A stretch of DNA of 64,000 nucleotides, from NCBI GenBank assembly GCA_038057055.1, contig JBBUDY010000019.1:25101-89100 (forward strand). Reading direction: 5' to 3'. Both the position numbers and the translations under genes were made by a program. This document shows positions 46,716-55,292 of the stretch, piece after piece. How positions within the stretch are numbered: the first letter of the stretch is position 1; every line of letters starts with the position of its first letter. A model generated the notes under the pieces. The model ran no database searches and was not told where the DNA came from. It saw only the letters and a list, made by a program, of their open reading frames with translations. Source of the stretch: Patescibacteria group bacterium (GTDB taxonomy: Bacteria > Patescibacteriota > Minisyncoccia > Phycocordibacterales > Phycocordibacteraceae).

Positions 46716-47488
46716 ATAGTATCACTACAGAGATTCCAGAGCGATTCAAAAAAGGTTCTATAGTCCCGCGCAATCTGTTCGCTCTTTATCTTGAACACCA
46801 ACACCGGGTCGCCATATATTTGAAACTGTATGTGTTTCGGGTAAATCGAAGTACTGACACTGCTTCTATTAAAGCCGGGCATGATTCTGAAATCAAAATT
46901 CTGCCGCTTCTTTTTCGTTTCCTCCAGATAGTTCTTTTGATCGATTGTTCCTATAAATCTGACCATGATATTTTTAGCAAGACTTTTCTCGTTGTAGAGT
47001 CCCCTCTCCTCTCCGAGAAGTTCTCGGAATCTACTCCCCTCTCCACCGATGATATCTATGAAACTGTCTTGTTCCGCCTCTTCGATCATCTGAAACTCAT
47101 TCGTTACGAATTGATCGTTGCCTTGGTATACTTCAAATTCTTGCTCGCGCTGATGCGTAAACATCCTCTCAAGCGTGTCGCGTGCCTCGTTGGCGACCAT
47201 CCTTTTCTCCTCAATAAGCGAGTCGAGACGGGCGGGCGGGTTCGCGCTCCACTTCTTCCGCCCATTTTTAATCACGTGTTTGACTAACCCCTTTCCCTCA
47301 AGGGACCCAAGAGCGGTATAGACGTATTGTCCGTGGAGCTTTGTGGCGGCAACGATCTTTGAGCTGCCGACCTCCACTTCTCTCCCAATCAAGTAGAGAT
47401 ATATTCTCGATTCTTTCTCAGACAGGCCTATCTTTTCGAGATTCTGAAGGAGACGTCTGTTTCCTTTTTCGTCATATATCTTGTCCAT
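46712..47488 (-). CDS. TrmB-like transcriptional regulator
   Basis: N-terminal wHTH LEKIGLSEKESRIYLYL...VYTALGSLEGKGLV, C-terminal TrmB-type domain. Confidence 0.7.
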   Translation of the reverse strand: MDKIYDEKGNRRLLQNLEKIGLSEKESRIYLYLIGREVEVGSSKIVAATKLHGQYVYTALGSLEGKGLVKHVIKNGRKKWSANPPARLDSLIEEKRMVANEARDTLERMFTHQREQEFEVYQGNDQFVTNEFQMIEEAEQDSFIDIIGGEGSRFRELLGEERGLYNEKSLAKNIMVRFIGTIDQKNYLEETKKKRQNFDFRIMPGFNRSSVSTSIYPKHIQFQIYGDPVLVFKIKSEQIARDYRTFFESLWNLCSDTM

Positions 47489-47638
47489 ACTGTATATAAA
47501 GAGTATATTCTATATAGTCTTTCTGTCAAGTTTTTGTCATAAAAATCATTGACAAATCGCTTGACAATCTGAAATATATAGGCTATCCTTTCTGCATCGA
47601 TAAGCAATTCGGCTTATCAAGCACTTTGGGAGAAGGCA

Positions 47639-48022
47639 ATGAAAACGTACTTCGGTTTTGCCCTTGGGGACAGTATGTTCTCAGGGGATGTGGTGATTCG
47701 GCGTCAAGAGCTTACGCCGGAGAAGGTGAAGTTGGCGGTTGCTCGGGGAGCTATTCCCTGTTGTAACCCGAGCCACTCGGCGACGATTCACGCGATGACG
47801 AACCGGTTCGGGATCGAAGTTGAGATCCCTTCCGAGCCGCCGCGCGTGTCGCTCGAACCGGGCGATTCCGTCATTGTGATGGGTGTTCGCGGCTTGCCGC
47901 GGATGACGGATCGGCATGAGTACACTGCCGAGGAAGTCGCACGAGCGACCTTCCAGTTTGCCGCGTATACCGTTATGTCCCCCGAAATGGGACTTCGGGA
48001 AACGCTTCGTCAAACTTTGTGA
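47639..48022 (+). CDS. DUF1874-like protein (AcrIII-1/Crn2 ring-nuclease family candidate)
   Basis: FALGDSMF...NPSHSATIHAMTNRFGIEVEIPSEPPRVSLEPGDSVIVMGVRGLPRM parallels the family pattern (A.S.NM...GH.ST...NR..I.L..GD...V......L.EG). From memory; no search run. Confidence 0.4.
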   Translation: MKTYFGFALGDSMFSGDVVIRRQELTPEKVKLAVARGAIPCCNPSHSATIHAMTNRFGIEVEIPSEPPRVSLEPGDSVIVMGVRGLPRMTDRHEYTAEEVARATFQFAAYTVMSPEMGLRETLRQTL

Positions 48023-48207
48023 TGACCAGATCAGTGACAGTGCACCAAGGAAACACAGGTCATTCCGTTTGAGCTTAGCTCGATGTACTGCTCGAAAAAC
48101 CACGCCACTTTTCAGTAAAACGAAATGAGTAGCGGGTGAGTAGAGGGTGAATTAAGCCGGATTGATTTGTTGGGTTGAGAAACCCAGAAAACTTCTCCAC
48201 TGTCCAA

Positions 48208-48273
48208 GGGCGAGTCATTGTGGCTCGCCTTTCTTTCAGAGATTATGAAATCAATCGTGATTTCTGAAAGGAA
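48208..48273. repeat. ~66-nt intergenic module, copy A (terminator hairpin plus CTTTCAGA/TCTGAAAG inverted repeat)
   Basis: GGGCGAGTCATTGTGGCTCGCCTTTCTTTCAGAGATTA...ATTTCTGAAAGGAA. Copy B is at 48767-48833. Confidence 0.85.
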
Positions 48274-48414
48274 ACAATTGGGTTTCCATGCTCTGCTCTT
48301 TTTATAGGAGGTCCTTCATGGATCTAATAGTTCCGCTTGTGATGTTAGTGGTTCTTGCGTACGCATACGCACTCAAGAACTTTCCAGAACTTTTTCAGGA
48401 AAAAAGGAGAAAAA

Positions 48415-48741
48415 ATGAGCAAGTTCAACAAACGGCCAGAATTCGAGGCTGAATACAATCGAATTTCCCTGGCAATCCTTAAGTTGGAGCAGGAGCGCAC
48501 CAAGCTTCTCGCTTCTTACAGGGACAGTTTGGGACTCACGGCTGAGGAGCGTGTGCTGGTGGTGAAGGAGTTGTGGCCGAACAAAGAAGAGATACTCAGA
48601 AGAACCGGGTTATCCATCACAACCATCAAAGCCACCGCTTCCTCGCTCGGATTGACTGCTCATCCTAAGAAGCTCGCGAGGGAAACAGTCAGAAACAAGT
48701 TGTACGTTCAAAGGCTTGGTGGAGTTGTAGACCCCGACTGA
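48415..48741 (+). CDS. Hypothetical 108-aa protein
   Basis: SD AAGGAG 7 nt upstream of ATG 48415. Lies between the two copies of the 66-nt module. Confidence 0.55.
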   Translation: MSKFNKRPEFEAEYNRISLAILKLEQERTKLLASYRDSLGLTAEERVLVVKELWPNKEEILRRTGLSITTIKATASSLGLTAHPKKLARETVRNKLYVQRLGGVVDPD

Positions 48742-48766
48742 ATTTCCTGAGGCGGTGTGTTTTTGA

Positions 48767-48833
48767 GGGCGAGTCTGTTGCTCGCCTTTCTTTCAGAGAT
48801 TACGACGAATTGAGTTGCTATTTCTGAAAGGAA
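48767..48833. repeat. ~66-nt intergenic module, copy B
   Basis: GGGCGAGTCTGTTGCTCGCCTTTCTTTCAGAGATTA...ATTTCTGAAAGGAA. Confidence 0.85.
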
Positions 48834-48837
48834 TGTA

Positions 48838-49047
48838 TTAAAGATGGTCAGGCGTGAGACCGGTATGTTTCGCGATACGTGTGAGCATACGCGGACCGAT
48901 TTCTTCACGATCGTGAAAAGCAAACGTGTAATCAGGCCAATCGGCTCTTGAAAGAGTCCGATGTGAACCCTTTTGTCGTTTAATACTCCAACCAATGGAG
49001 AGAATCGCTTTCAATACTCGTGGCGCTTTAACCGCGCGCCACTCCAT
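48838..49047 (-). CDS. hicA: HicA mRNA interferase toxin
   Basis: LKAILSIGWSIKRQKGSHRTL...HDREEIGPRMLTRIAKHTGL HicA signature. Confidence 0.85.
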   Translation of the reverse strand: MEWRAVKAPRVLKAILSIGWSIKRQKGSHRTLSRADWPDYTFAFHDREEIGPRMLTRIAKHTGLTPDHL

Positions 49048-49276
49048 AGCCAAACATACGAGAGACAGGAATGAAGAATGACCCTTGTTCGACACTGTCA
49101 GCGATGGTGCGGAGTGCGATAGCATATACACGCTGTTGAGCCTCGCGCTTTGTTGCACCATAGGCCATAACACCCGGGAGCTTCGGGATTTCAGCAATCC
49201 AGCGGCCATCTGCCTCGCGGTCAAATTCGACGGCAAGTGAAGAGAGTCGTGTTGGTTGTTTGGTGCTCTTTTTCAT
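49028..49276 (-). CDS. hicB: HicB-family antitoxin
   Basis: WIAEIPKLPGVMAYGATKREAQQRV is HicB/UPF0150-like. Overlaps the hicA start. Confidence 0.8.
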   Translation of the reverse strand: MKKSTKQPTRLSSLAVEFDREADGRWIAEIPKLPGVMAYGATKREAQQRVYAIALRTIADSVEQGSFFIPVSRMFGYGVARG

Positions 49277-49282
49277 AAAAGT

Positions 49283-49293
49283 ACTATACCACA
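49283..49293 (-). promoter_or_regulatory. Extended -10 promoter TGTGGTATAGT, 6 nt before hicB ATG
   Basis: Minus-strand reading TGTGGTATAGTactttATG-type geometry. Identical 11-mer to 11631-11641. Confidence 0.5.
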
Positions 49294-49391
49294 AAACATT
49301 GCATATACCCATGGCGTCTGCTATACTTTTGAATACCTGAATGCCTGCGATGCAGGCCTTCTTTTTAAAAAGTGCGACATACACAATCCAT

Positions 49392-50789
49392 ATGATAGAC
49401 CTTAAAACAATCAATGCAGTCTTGGGGGAGTTTGAGGACAGGGGCATTAGCCGCGCGACGATGGTCGAGGCCATCGAGAGCGCGATGGCAACCGCCTACA
49501 AGCGCGAATACGGCAAACGCGGACAAGTGGTCCACGCCAAGCTCGACCTCAACACCGGCATCATCTCCTTTGAACAAGTGAAAACCGTCGTCGACGACAC
49601 GACGGTGCGCTTTCCTCTGGAAGAGCCGGAGACCGGAGACCGGAAGCTAGAAACTGGACATGCAGGATGGCATGGTCACGATGAGGAACATTTGGCTGAA
49701 GGTGAGCTCCCCCGCTTTGACCCGGAGAAACATATTCTCCTTGAGAATGCGAAGTTGATGAAGCGCGGTGCGGCTGTGGGAGAGGAAATTATCTTCCCAC
49801 TTGAGCCGCAGGACGACTTCGGTCGTATCGCCGCACAGACAGCCAAGCAAGTGGTAATCCAGAAAGTACGCGAGGCCGAGAAGCTCTCAATGATGGAAGA
49901 ATTTGGCGAGAAGAAAGGGCAGATCGTGGGCGGTATCGTGCAGCGCATGGAGCGCGGCGCGATCTTCGTCGACCTTGGTCGCACGACCGGCATCATCCCC
50001 TACGAGGAGCAGATTCCAGGTGAGCGCTACCGCATGGGCGAGCGGATTCGCGCGTATCTCTATGCAGTGGATGAAGGATTCCGCGGTGTGTATCTGCGCC
50101 TCTCTCGCGCACATCCAAAGTTCGTCGTGAAGCTGTTTGAGATGGAAGCACCGGAGCTTGCTTCTGGCGCTATCGAGGTAAAGGCGCTTGCAAGAGAGCC
50201 AGGGAGCCGTACTAAGATTGCGCTCGCCTCGCTGGACCCGCACGTCGACCCGGTCGGCTCACTTGTTGGCCAGCGCGGCGTGCGCGTCTCGACCGTGATG
50301 AGCGAGCTCGGCGGCGAGCGCATCGACATTATTGAATGGAGCGATAACGCGAAAGAATTTGTGAAGGAAGCTCTCTCCCCGGCGACACCACTGGAGGTCG
50401 TGCTTGATGAAGCCGACCATCGTGCGACGGTCACGGTAGCGGAGGATGAACAGTCGCTCGCGATCGGTCGCGGTGGGCAGAACGTACGGCTTGCCGCAAA
50501 GCTTACGGGGTGGAACATTGATATCGTTTCTACTGGTGGTAGCGAAACGATTTCAATTACTGCTGATACCCTCGAGATGCCCGCCCCGATGTCAGAAGTC
50601 GGGGAGCCGACCGAAAGCGTCGGCTCTGAAGAGGCCGGCGTGATGCCAACTGAAAGTGTTGAGCTCGTTACCGATGAAGCACCGCAAGTGACTGAACTCC
50701 CTGCCGAAGAGGAACTCACCCCCCTTCCCGCAAGTGACGAGACAGCTGCCGATAGAGAAGAAGACCGCGACAAAGCAAAAGACGAATAG
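49392..50789 (+). CDS. nusA: Transcription termination/antitermination factor NusA with acidic C-terminal extension
   Basis: N-terminal domain, S1 (GGIVQRMERGAIFVDLG), two KH (GSRTKIALAS; AIGRGGQNVRLAAKLTGW). Confidence 0.93.
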   Translation: MIDLKTINAVLGEFEDRGISRATMVEAIESAMATAYKREYGKRGQVVHAKLDLNTGIISFEQVKTVVDDTTVRFPLEEPETGDRKLETGHAGWHGHDEEHLAEGELPRFDPEKHILLENAKLMKRGAAVGEEIIFPLEPQDDFGRIAAQTAKQVVIQKVREAEKLSMMEEFGEKKGQIVGGIVQRMERGAIFVDLGRTTGIIPYEEQIPGERYRMGERIRAYLYAVDEGFRGVYLRLSRAHPKFVVKLFEMEAPELASGAIEVKALAREPGSRTKIALASLDPHVDPVGSLVGQRGVRVSTVMSELGGERIDIIEWSDNAKEFVKEALSPATPLEVVLDEADHRATVTVAEDEQSLAIGRGGQNVRLAAKLTGWNIDIVSTGGSETISITADTLEMPAPMSEVGEPTESVGSEEAGVMPTESVELVTDEAPQVTELPAEEELTPLPASDETAADREEDRDKAKDE

Positions 50790-50801
50790 TATAATCGTTG
50801 T

Positions 50802-51326
50802 ATGAATCTATTACACGATATTGATTCGGGAACGAAGGAAGCGATGAATGTCATCATCGAGATCCCGAAGGATTCGCATAACAAATACGAGATCGATAAA
50901 AAGACGGGACTTATTAAGCTCGACCGCGCGAACTATTCTTCTGCGGCGTATCCCTTTGATTATGGCTTCGTGCCGCAAACGCTCTGGGACGATGGTGATG
51001 CGCTCGATGTCATCGTGCTCACGACCTATCCGCTTGATGTGGGCGTACTCGTCGAAGTGCGTCCAGTCGCAATTCTGACCATGATTGATGATGGTGAATC
51101 TGACGATAAGGTTATTGCTGTGCCAGTAGAAGATCGAAGATGGGAAGATGTGCAAGAGCTACAGGATTTGAACAAGCATACGCTGCGGGAGATTGCGCAC
51201 TTTCTGGAGAACAATAAAAAATTGAAAAGTAAGCCCGTGAAGATCGAGATCGGTGAATATAAGGATCGTGCCAGCGCAGAGACAGCGTTCGAGCGCGCGC
51301 GGAAGCTGTATAATGATTCGAAATAA
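50802..51326 (+). CDS. ppa: Inorganic pyrophosphatase (family I)
   Basis: IEIPKDSHNKYEIDK, YPFDYGFVPQT, DGDALDVIVL motifs. Confidence 0.93.
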   Translation: MNLLHDIDSGTKEAMNVIIEIPKDSHNKYEIDKKTGLIKLDRANYSSAAYPFDYGFVPQTLWDDGDALDVIVLTTYPLDVGVLVEVRPVAILTMIDDGESDDKVIAVPVEDRRWEDVQELQDLNKHTLREIAHFLENNKKLKSKPVKIEIGEYKDRASAETAFERARKLYNDSK

Positions 51327-51327
51327 T

Positions 51328-51627
51328 ATGGAACAACTACCTGCTGATGAAAAATTGCTCCCCGAGGGTGAAGAAGGCATCGAAGTAACAGCACTCCCAG
51401 TGCTGCAGAGCTACGCGACAGCAAGCAAGCCGCTCCCAAAGGAAGCGCCCCCGGCAGCTCCTATCCAACCCGGGGTCCCTTCACCGCAGGCGCAGTCGTG
51501 GGGTACGGTCATTTCTATTATTATCATTGTGCTCATGATTATCATTGGTGCATTCTATGCGTGGGGGAAGCGAGTAGCACAAAATCAAGTTTTCACTGAA
51601 CCAGCAACAGCCCCAACAAGCAACTAA
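51328..51627 (+). CDS. Small membrane protein (Pro/Ala-rich, one C-terminal TM)
   Basis: ATG 2 nt after the ppa stop. [24 protein letters not shown]. Confidence 0.5.
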   Translation: MEQLPADEKLLPEGEEGIEVTALPVLQSYATASKPLPKEAPPAAPIQPGVPSPQAQSWGTVISIIIIVLMIIIGAFYAWGKRVAQNQVFTEPATAPTSN

Positions 51628-51637
51628 ATTCTACCGT

Positions 51638-52273
51638 ATGAACAAATATACACAGCCCTTTAGCCAGCACCAAAACAGCTTTGGTGCTAGGCAAAACTCG
51701 ATGCTTGTTCCGATGGTGATTGAAAAGAGTCAGTTTGGCGAGCGCGCCTACGACATCTACTCGCGCCTCCTGAAGGAGCGCATCGTCTTTCTCGGCGGCC
51801 CTATCGACGACGATGTCGCAAATCTTGTCATCGCGCAACTTCTCTTTCTTGAAGCAGAAGATCCGAAAAAAGATATTTCGCTCTATATCAACTCGCCGGG
51901 CGGCTCGGTGACTGCCACGCTCGCAATGGTCGACACGATGAATCATGTGAAGCCGAATGTCTCAACGGTCTGTGTGGGCATGGCGGCCTCTGGTGCAGCG
52001 ATACTCCTCTCTGCTGGGCAGAAGGGCAAGCGCTATGCGCTCCCGAATGCTGAAGTGATGATTCACCAGCCGCACGGCGGCGCCGAGGGTCAAGCAACTG
52101 ATATTGAAATTACCGCAAAGCAAATCATCAAGCTCCGCGCGGTACTCAACCGCATTCTTGCAAAAAATACCGGTCAATCACTTGCGAAGATTGAGAAAGA
52201 TGTCGAGCGCGACTTCTTCATGACCGCCGACGAAGCGAAAAAGTACGGGCTGGTTGATAAGGTGTTTAATTAA
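51638..52273 (+). CDS. clpP: ATP-dependent Clp protease proteolytic subunit
   Basis: [20 protein letters not shown], catalytic [11 protein letters not shown] and MIHQP. Confidence 0.95.
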   Translation: MNKYTQPFSQHQNSFGARQNSMLVPMVIEKSQFGERAYDIYSRLLKERIVFLGGPIDDDVANLVIAQLLFLEAEDPKKDISLYINSPGGSVTATLAMVDTMNHVKPNVSTVCVGMAASGAAILLSAGQKGKRYALPNAEVMIHQPHGGAEGQATDIEITAKQIIKLRAVLNRILAKNTGQSLAKIEKDVERDFFMTADEAKKYGLVDKVFN

Positions 52274-52291
52274 ATAGACTCAATATGAGGG

Positions 52292-52324
52292 AAACGCGCC
52301 GGCTTCGCCGGCGCGTTTTGTTTG
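52292..52324 (+). terminator. Rho-independent terminator after clpP
   Basis: GC stem CGCGCCGGC/GCCGGCGCG followed by TTTTGTTTG. Confidence 0.8.
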
Positions 52325-52447
52325 TGGTAGAGTCCCCTCATACCGTCCCACCGATTGACTGATTCGAAAGCACGACCGATCATCTTCTTACTTTGTACTT
52401 AATCCGTCCGTTATCTGGCGGCCGGAATCTTTGGAACCCGAAGTTAT

Positions 52448-53977
52448 ATGTCACTCAAAATCATATTGCTCATGCTTGCGCTCTCGGGCGTCGGCGGAGT
52501 TGTGCTTGGGTATGTGCTACGTGTCCTTATTGGTCTCGCTCAGCGTGGCTCCATCGAGCTTGAGATTAAGCAAAAAATGCTCCAGGCCAAGGAGCAGGCG
52601 GCGAAGATTATCACGGATGCCGAATTCCGCAGTGCAGTCGTCGAGACCGAGCGTCTTGCGCCAGTCGAGGAACGTGAGGAGAAGATAAGTACACGGGAGG
52701 AACGCCTCGCCTTGCGCGAGGAATTTCTCGATTCACGCCAACGTGATGTAGATGAAAAAGAAGTTGAGGTGCGCTCGCGGGAGCAAGCTGCGGTGCATGC
52801 AAAAAATGAAGCGGAAAAATTGACTGCACAGCGTTCCAAAGAACTTGCGAAAGTCGCACACCTCTCCGAAGATAAAGCGCGTGAAGAACTTTTTTCTGAA
52901 ATTGAGCATGCTCATGAGGACGCGATACTTCTGCGTCTCCAGAAACTTGCCGCGAATGGTCGTGAACGCCTTGAGGACAAGGCGCGCGATATCCTCACCA
53001 CCACCATTCACCGACTCGGGAATGCCGTGAACGCCGAGGTAATGTCGCTCTCGGTTGTGCTCCCCTCCAACGAGACAAAAGGAAAGATTATCGGCAAAGA
53101 GGGTCGCAATATAAAGGCGTTTGAGCGCGCGACCGGCGTGGACGTGCTCATCGACGACGTGCCCGATCGCATCACTCTCTCCTCGTTTGACCCGCTCCGT
53201 CGTGCAATCGCGAAAATCGCGCTTGAGAAGCTTATCGTCGACGGCCGCATCCAGCCCGCAAAGATAGAAGAAACGGTCGAGAAGACACGTGCAGAAGTTG
53301 CTGAAATTGTGAAGCAGAAGGGTGAGGCCGCGGCATATGAGGCGGGGGTAATCGGGCTTGATCCCAAGCTCACTGCCCTTCTCGGCCGCCTTCACTTCCG
53401 TACGAGCTTCGGCCAGAACGTACTCACTCATTCTATTGAGATGGCGCACCTCGCCGGTATGCTCGCGACCGAGCTCGGCGCAGACGCGACCATCGCGCGC
53501 ACTGCCGCTCTTCTGCACGACATCGGCAAAGCAGTTGACCACGAGGTGCAAGGAACGCATGTAGAGATTGGTCGCCGCATCCTTGAGAAATTTGGCGTCA
53601 ACAATCGCGTCATCCTCGCGATGCAGTCGCACCACGACGAGCACCCGTACGAAACGCCGGAGGCAGTCATTGTGCAGGTGGCAGATGCTATCTCGGGCGG
53701 TCGCCCGGGCGCCCGCCGCGATACCGTGGACCGCTATCTTGAGCGCCTCGGCGACCTCGAGCGCCTCGCCACTACCTTCCCCGGCGTTGAGAAGGTCTAC
53801 GCCATCGCGGCAGGTCGCGAGATACGTATCTTCGTGAACCCCGGCAAGGTCACCGACCTCGCGATGCACAAGCTCGCGCGCGACATCGCGAAGCGCATTC
53901 AAGAAGAGCTCAAATACCCGGGCGAGATTAAAGTGAATATAATCAGAGAAAACAGAGTTGTAGAATTTGCCCGGTAA
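52448..53977 (+). CDS. rny: Ribonuclease Y
   Basis: N-terminal TM, coiled coil, KH (GKIIGKEGRNIKAFE), HD domain (LLHDIGKA...HH). Confidence 0.95.
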   Translation: MSLKIILLMLALSGVGGVVLGYVLRVLIGLAQRGSIELEIKQKMLQAKEQAAKIITDAEFRSAVVETERLAPVEEREEKISTREERLALREEFLDSRQRDVDEKEVEVRSREQAAVHAKNEAEKLTAQRSKELAKVAHLSEDKAREELFSEIEHAHEDAILLRLQKLAANGRERLEDKARDILTTTIHRLGNAVNAEVMSLSVVLPSNETKGKIIGKEGRNIKAFERATGVDVLIDDVPDRITLSSFDPLRRAIAKIALEKLIVDGRIQPAKIEETVEKTRAEVAEIVKQKGEAAAYEAGVIGLDPKLTALLGRLHFRTSFGQNVLTHSIEMAHLAGMLATELGADATIARTAALLHDIGKAVDHEVQGTHVEIGRRILEKFGVNNRVILAMQSHHDEHPYETPEAVIVQVADAISGGRPGARRDTVDRYLERLGDLERLATTFPGVEKVYAIAAGREIRIFVNPGKVTDLAMHKLARDIAKRIQEELKYPGEIKVNIIRENRVVEFAR

Positions 53978-53980
53978 CCA

Positions 53981-54271
53981 TTATTCAGCCTCTTGCATAT
54001 ATTCAGTCACGATAGTGATTACTTTTTGAATTGTTGCATTACAGTTTTTGAAGCTTATGAGCGAGAGGATTTCATTTCCGTGGATTCGGAATAATTCACT
54101 TATGAGAGCGTGTATGAACGACTGCGTCGCACCGCTTACTCCAGAGAAGTCTATTGTTACTTTTTTACCTTTAGAAACTCTCGGGGTTAACATTTTTATA
54201 CGGATATCTCTGGCGATATCCTTATTTTCAGCAAAATCGCCTATGAGTGGTTTAAGATGAATGATTGTCAT
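53981..54271 (-). CDS. STAS-like (DUF4325-type) small protein
   Basis: 96 aa. KVTIDFSGVSGATQSFIHALISELF matches the STAS-like pattern (hxxDFxGVxxxxxSFxxE). Overlaps the ATPase gene stop by 4 nt. Confidence 0.6.
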   Translation of the reverse strand: MTIIHLKPLIGDFAENKDIARDIRIKMLTPRVSKGKKVTIDFSGVSGATQSFIHALISELFRIHGNEILSLISFKNCNATIQKVITIVTEYMQEAE

Positions 54272-55266
54272 ACAAAAATTGGTTTCTTGTAACGCGCATG
54301 TTTGCGCGCTCGAACAGCTTTCGCATATACATTTCGTATATGTTCCAAGAGTGCAGTAAATTGCTCATTTACGTCAAGCGCGAGGTCGATTCCAATGACA
54401 GTTCCTTGCCAGTGCGGGTAGTCGTTCCCGGCGGAATGCCTATCTTCAAGAGGATCGGCCTGAAGCGGATTTTTGTTCTCGGTTTTTTGTTTCAATAGTT
54501 TATAAAAAGCTGTACCACTATAGATAACAAAGAAGTCACTATTAACCGCAGCGATCGATTTCACGAAAAAAAGTCCAGCCCCAGCATTCTGCTCGGTGCC
54601 GCCCTCACGGTCCGTAGTTCCAGTTATTCCCGGAGTTAATGCAAGACGAATTGACTGAAGATCGTCTGTCGAGTGATGAGATTTCCTGATAGTTCTACTG
54701 ATACCGACTCCTACGTCACTGATTCCTATACGGACAGTATTGCTTTTCGAATAGTATTGGGCGGCAACGAATGCCCCGCGAGAAGAATCAGCGTGTTCCA
54801 ATACGTTTCGAACAAGCTCACTCACGATATATTTAAGAGGTTCTGCATGAATTGGTGCGAGATGAAGGAGAGGAATCATTTCTGTAATGAAACGCGTTAA
54901 GGAAGTAGAGTCTTTTATCTGAGTAAGGGGAATGAAACGTCCACTCGAATCGTGTTCAGTCATGATGATTCCTGAGTCAATCTCCAAAAACTCAAACAAT
55001 CGCATCCGTTCGAAATAATGACGCGATTTCGCTTCAAGTGCTTCGCAATCAATTTTCTCTCTCGGCACTGTTTGTCCTAGAGCTGCGATCATAGTGAGCA
55101 CAATTGGATGTACGGAAATCCATTTCTTGTTTGCGGTTATGAGAAGTTCTTTTGGATTACTCGGATCAAATCTCCGTAAAAATGAATCGAGATTTCCTAA
55201 GAAAGCGCTATTGGGGAGATTTATCCTCATACGGCTTATATTACCGGGAATTATAGATTTATGCAA
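54268..55266 (-). CDS. GHKL-superfamily ATPase (anti-sigma/Ser-kinase-like) with unknown N-terminal domain
   Basis: N box SELVRNVLEHA, G1 ISDVGVGI, G2 GAGLFFVKS. TTG start in the track is uncertain (alternative ATG 55230). Confidence 0.6.
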   Translation of the reverse strand: MHKSIIPGNISRMRINLPNSAFLGNLDSFLRRFDPSNPKELLITANKKWISVHPIVLTMIAALGQTVPREKIDCEALEAKSRHYFERMRLFEFLEIDSGIIMTEHDSSGRFIPLTQIKDSTSLTRFITEMIPLLHLAPIHAEPLKYIVSELVRNVLEHADSSRGAFVAAQYYSKSNTVRIGISDVGVGISRTIRKSHHSTDDLQSIRLALTPGITGTTDREGGTEQNAGAGLFFVKSIAAVNSDFFVIYSGTAFYKLLKQKTENKNPLQADPLEDRHSAGNDYPHWQGTVIGIDLALDVNEQFTALLEHIRNVYAKAVRARKHARYKKPIFV

Positions 55267-55292
55267 TTCCCGGTAGTGTGTGGTACTATGTA

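Noticed and set aside
50060-50884. 274-aa Ser-rich ORF antisense to nusA
   Set aside because: Low-complexity Ser/Ala/Thr sequence opposite a confident NusA gene. Shadow ORF.
52733-53902. 389-aa ORF antisense to rny
   Set aside because: It lies entirely inside the well-supported RNase Y gene. It has no recognisable motif and an Arg/Leu/His-biased composition typical of shadow frames in GC-rich coding DNA.
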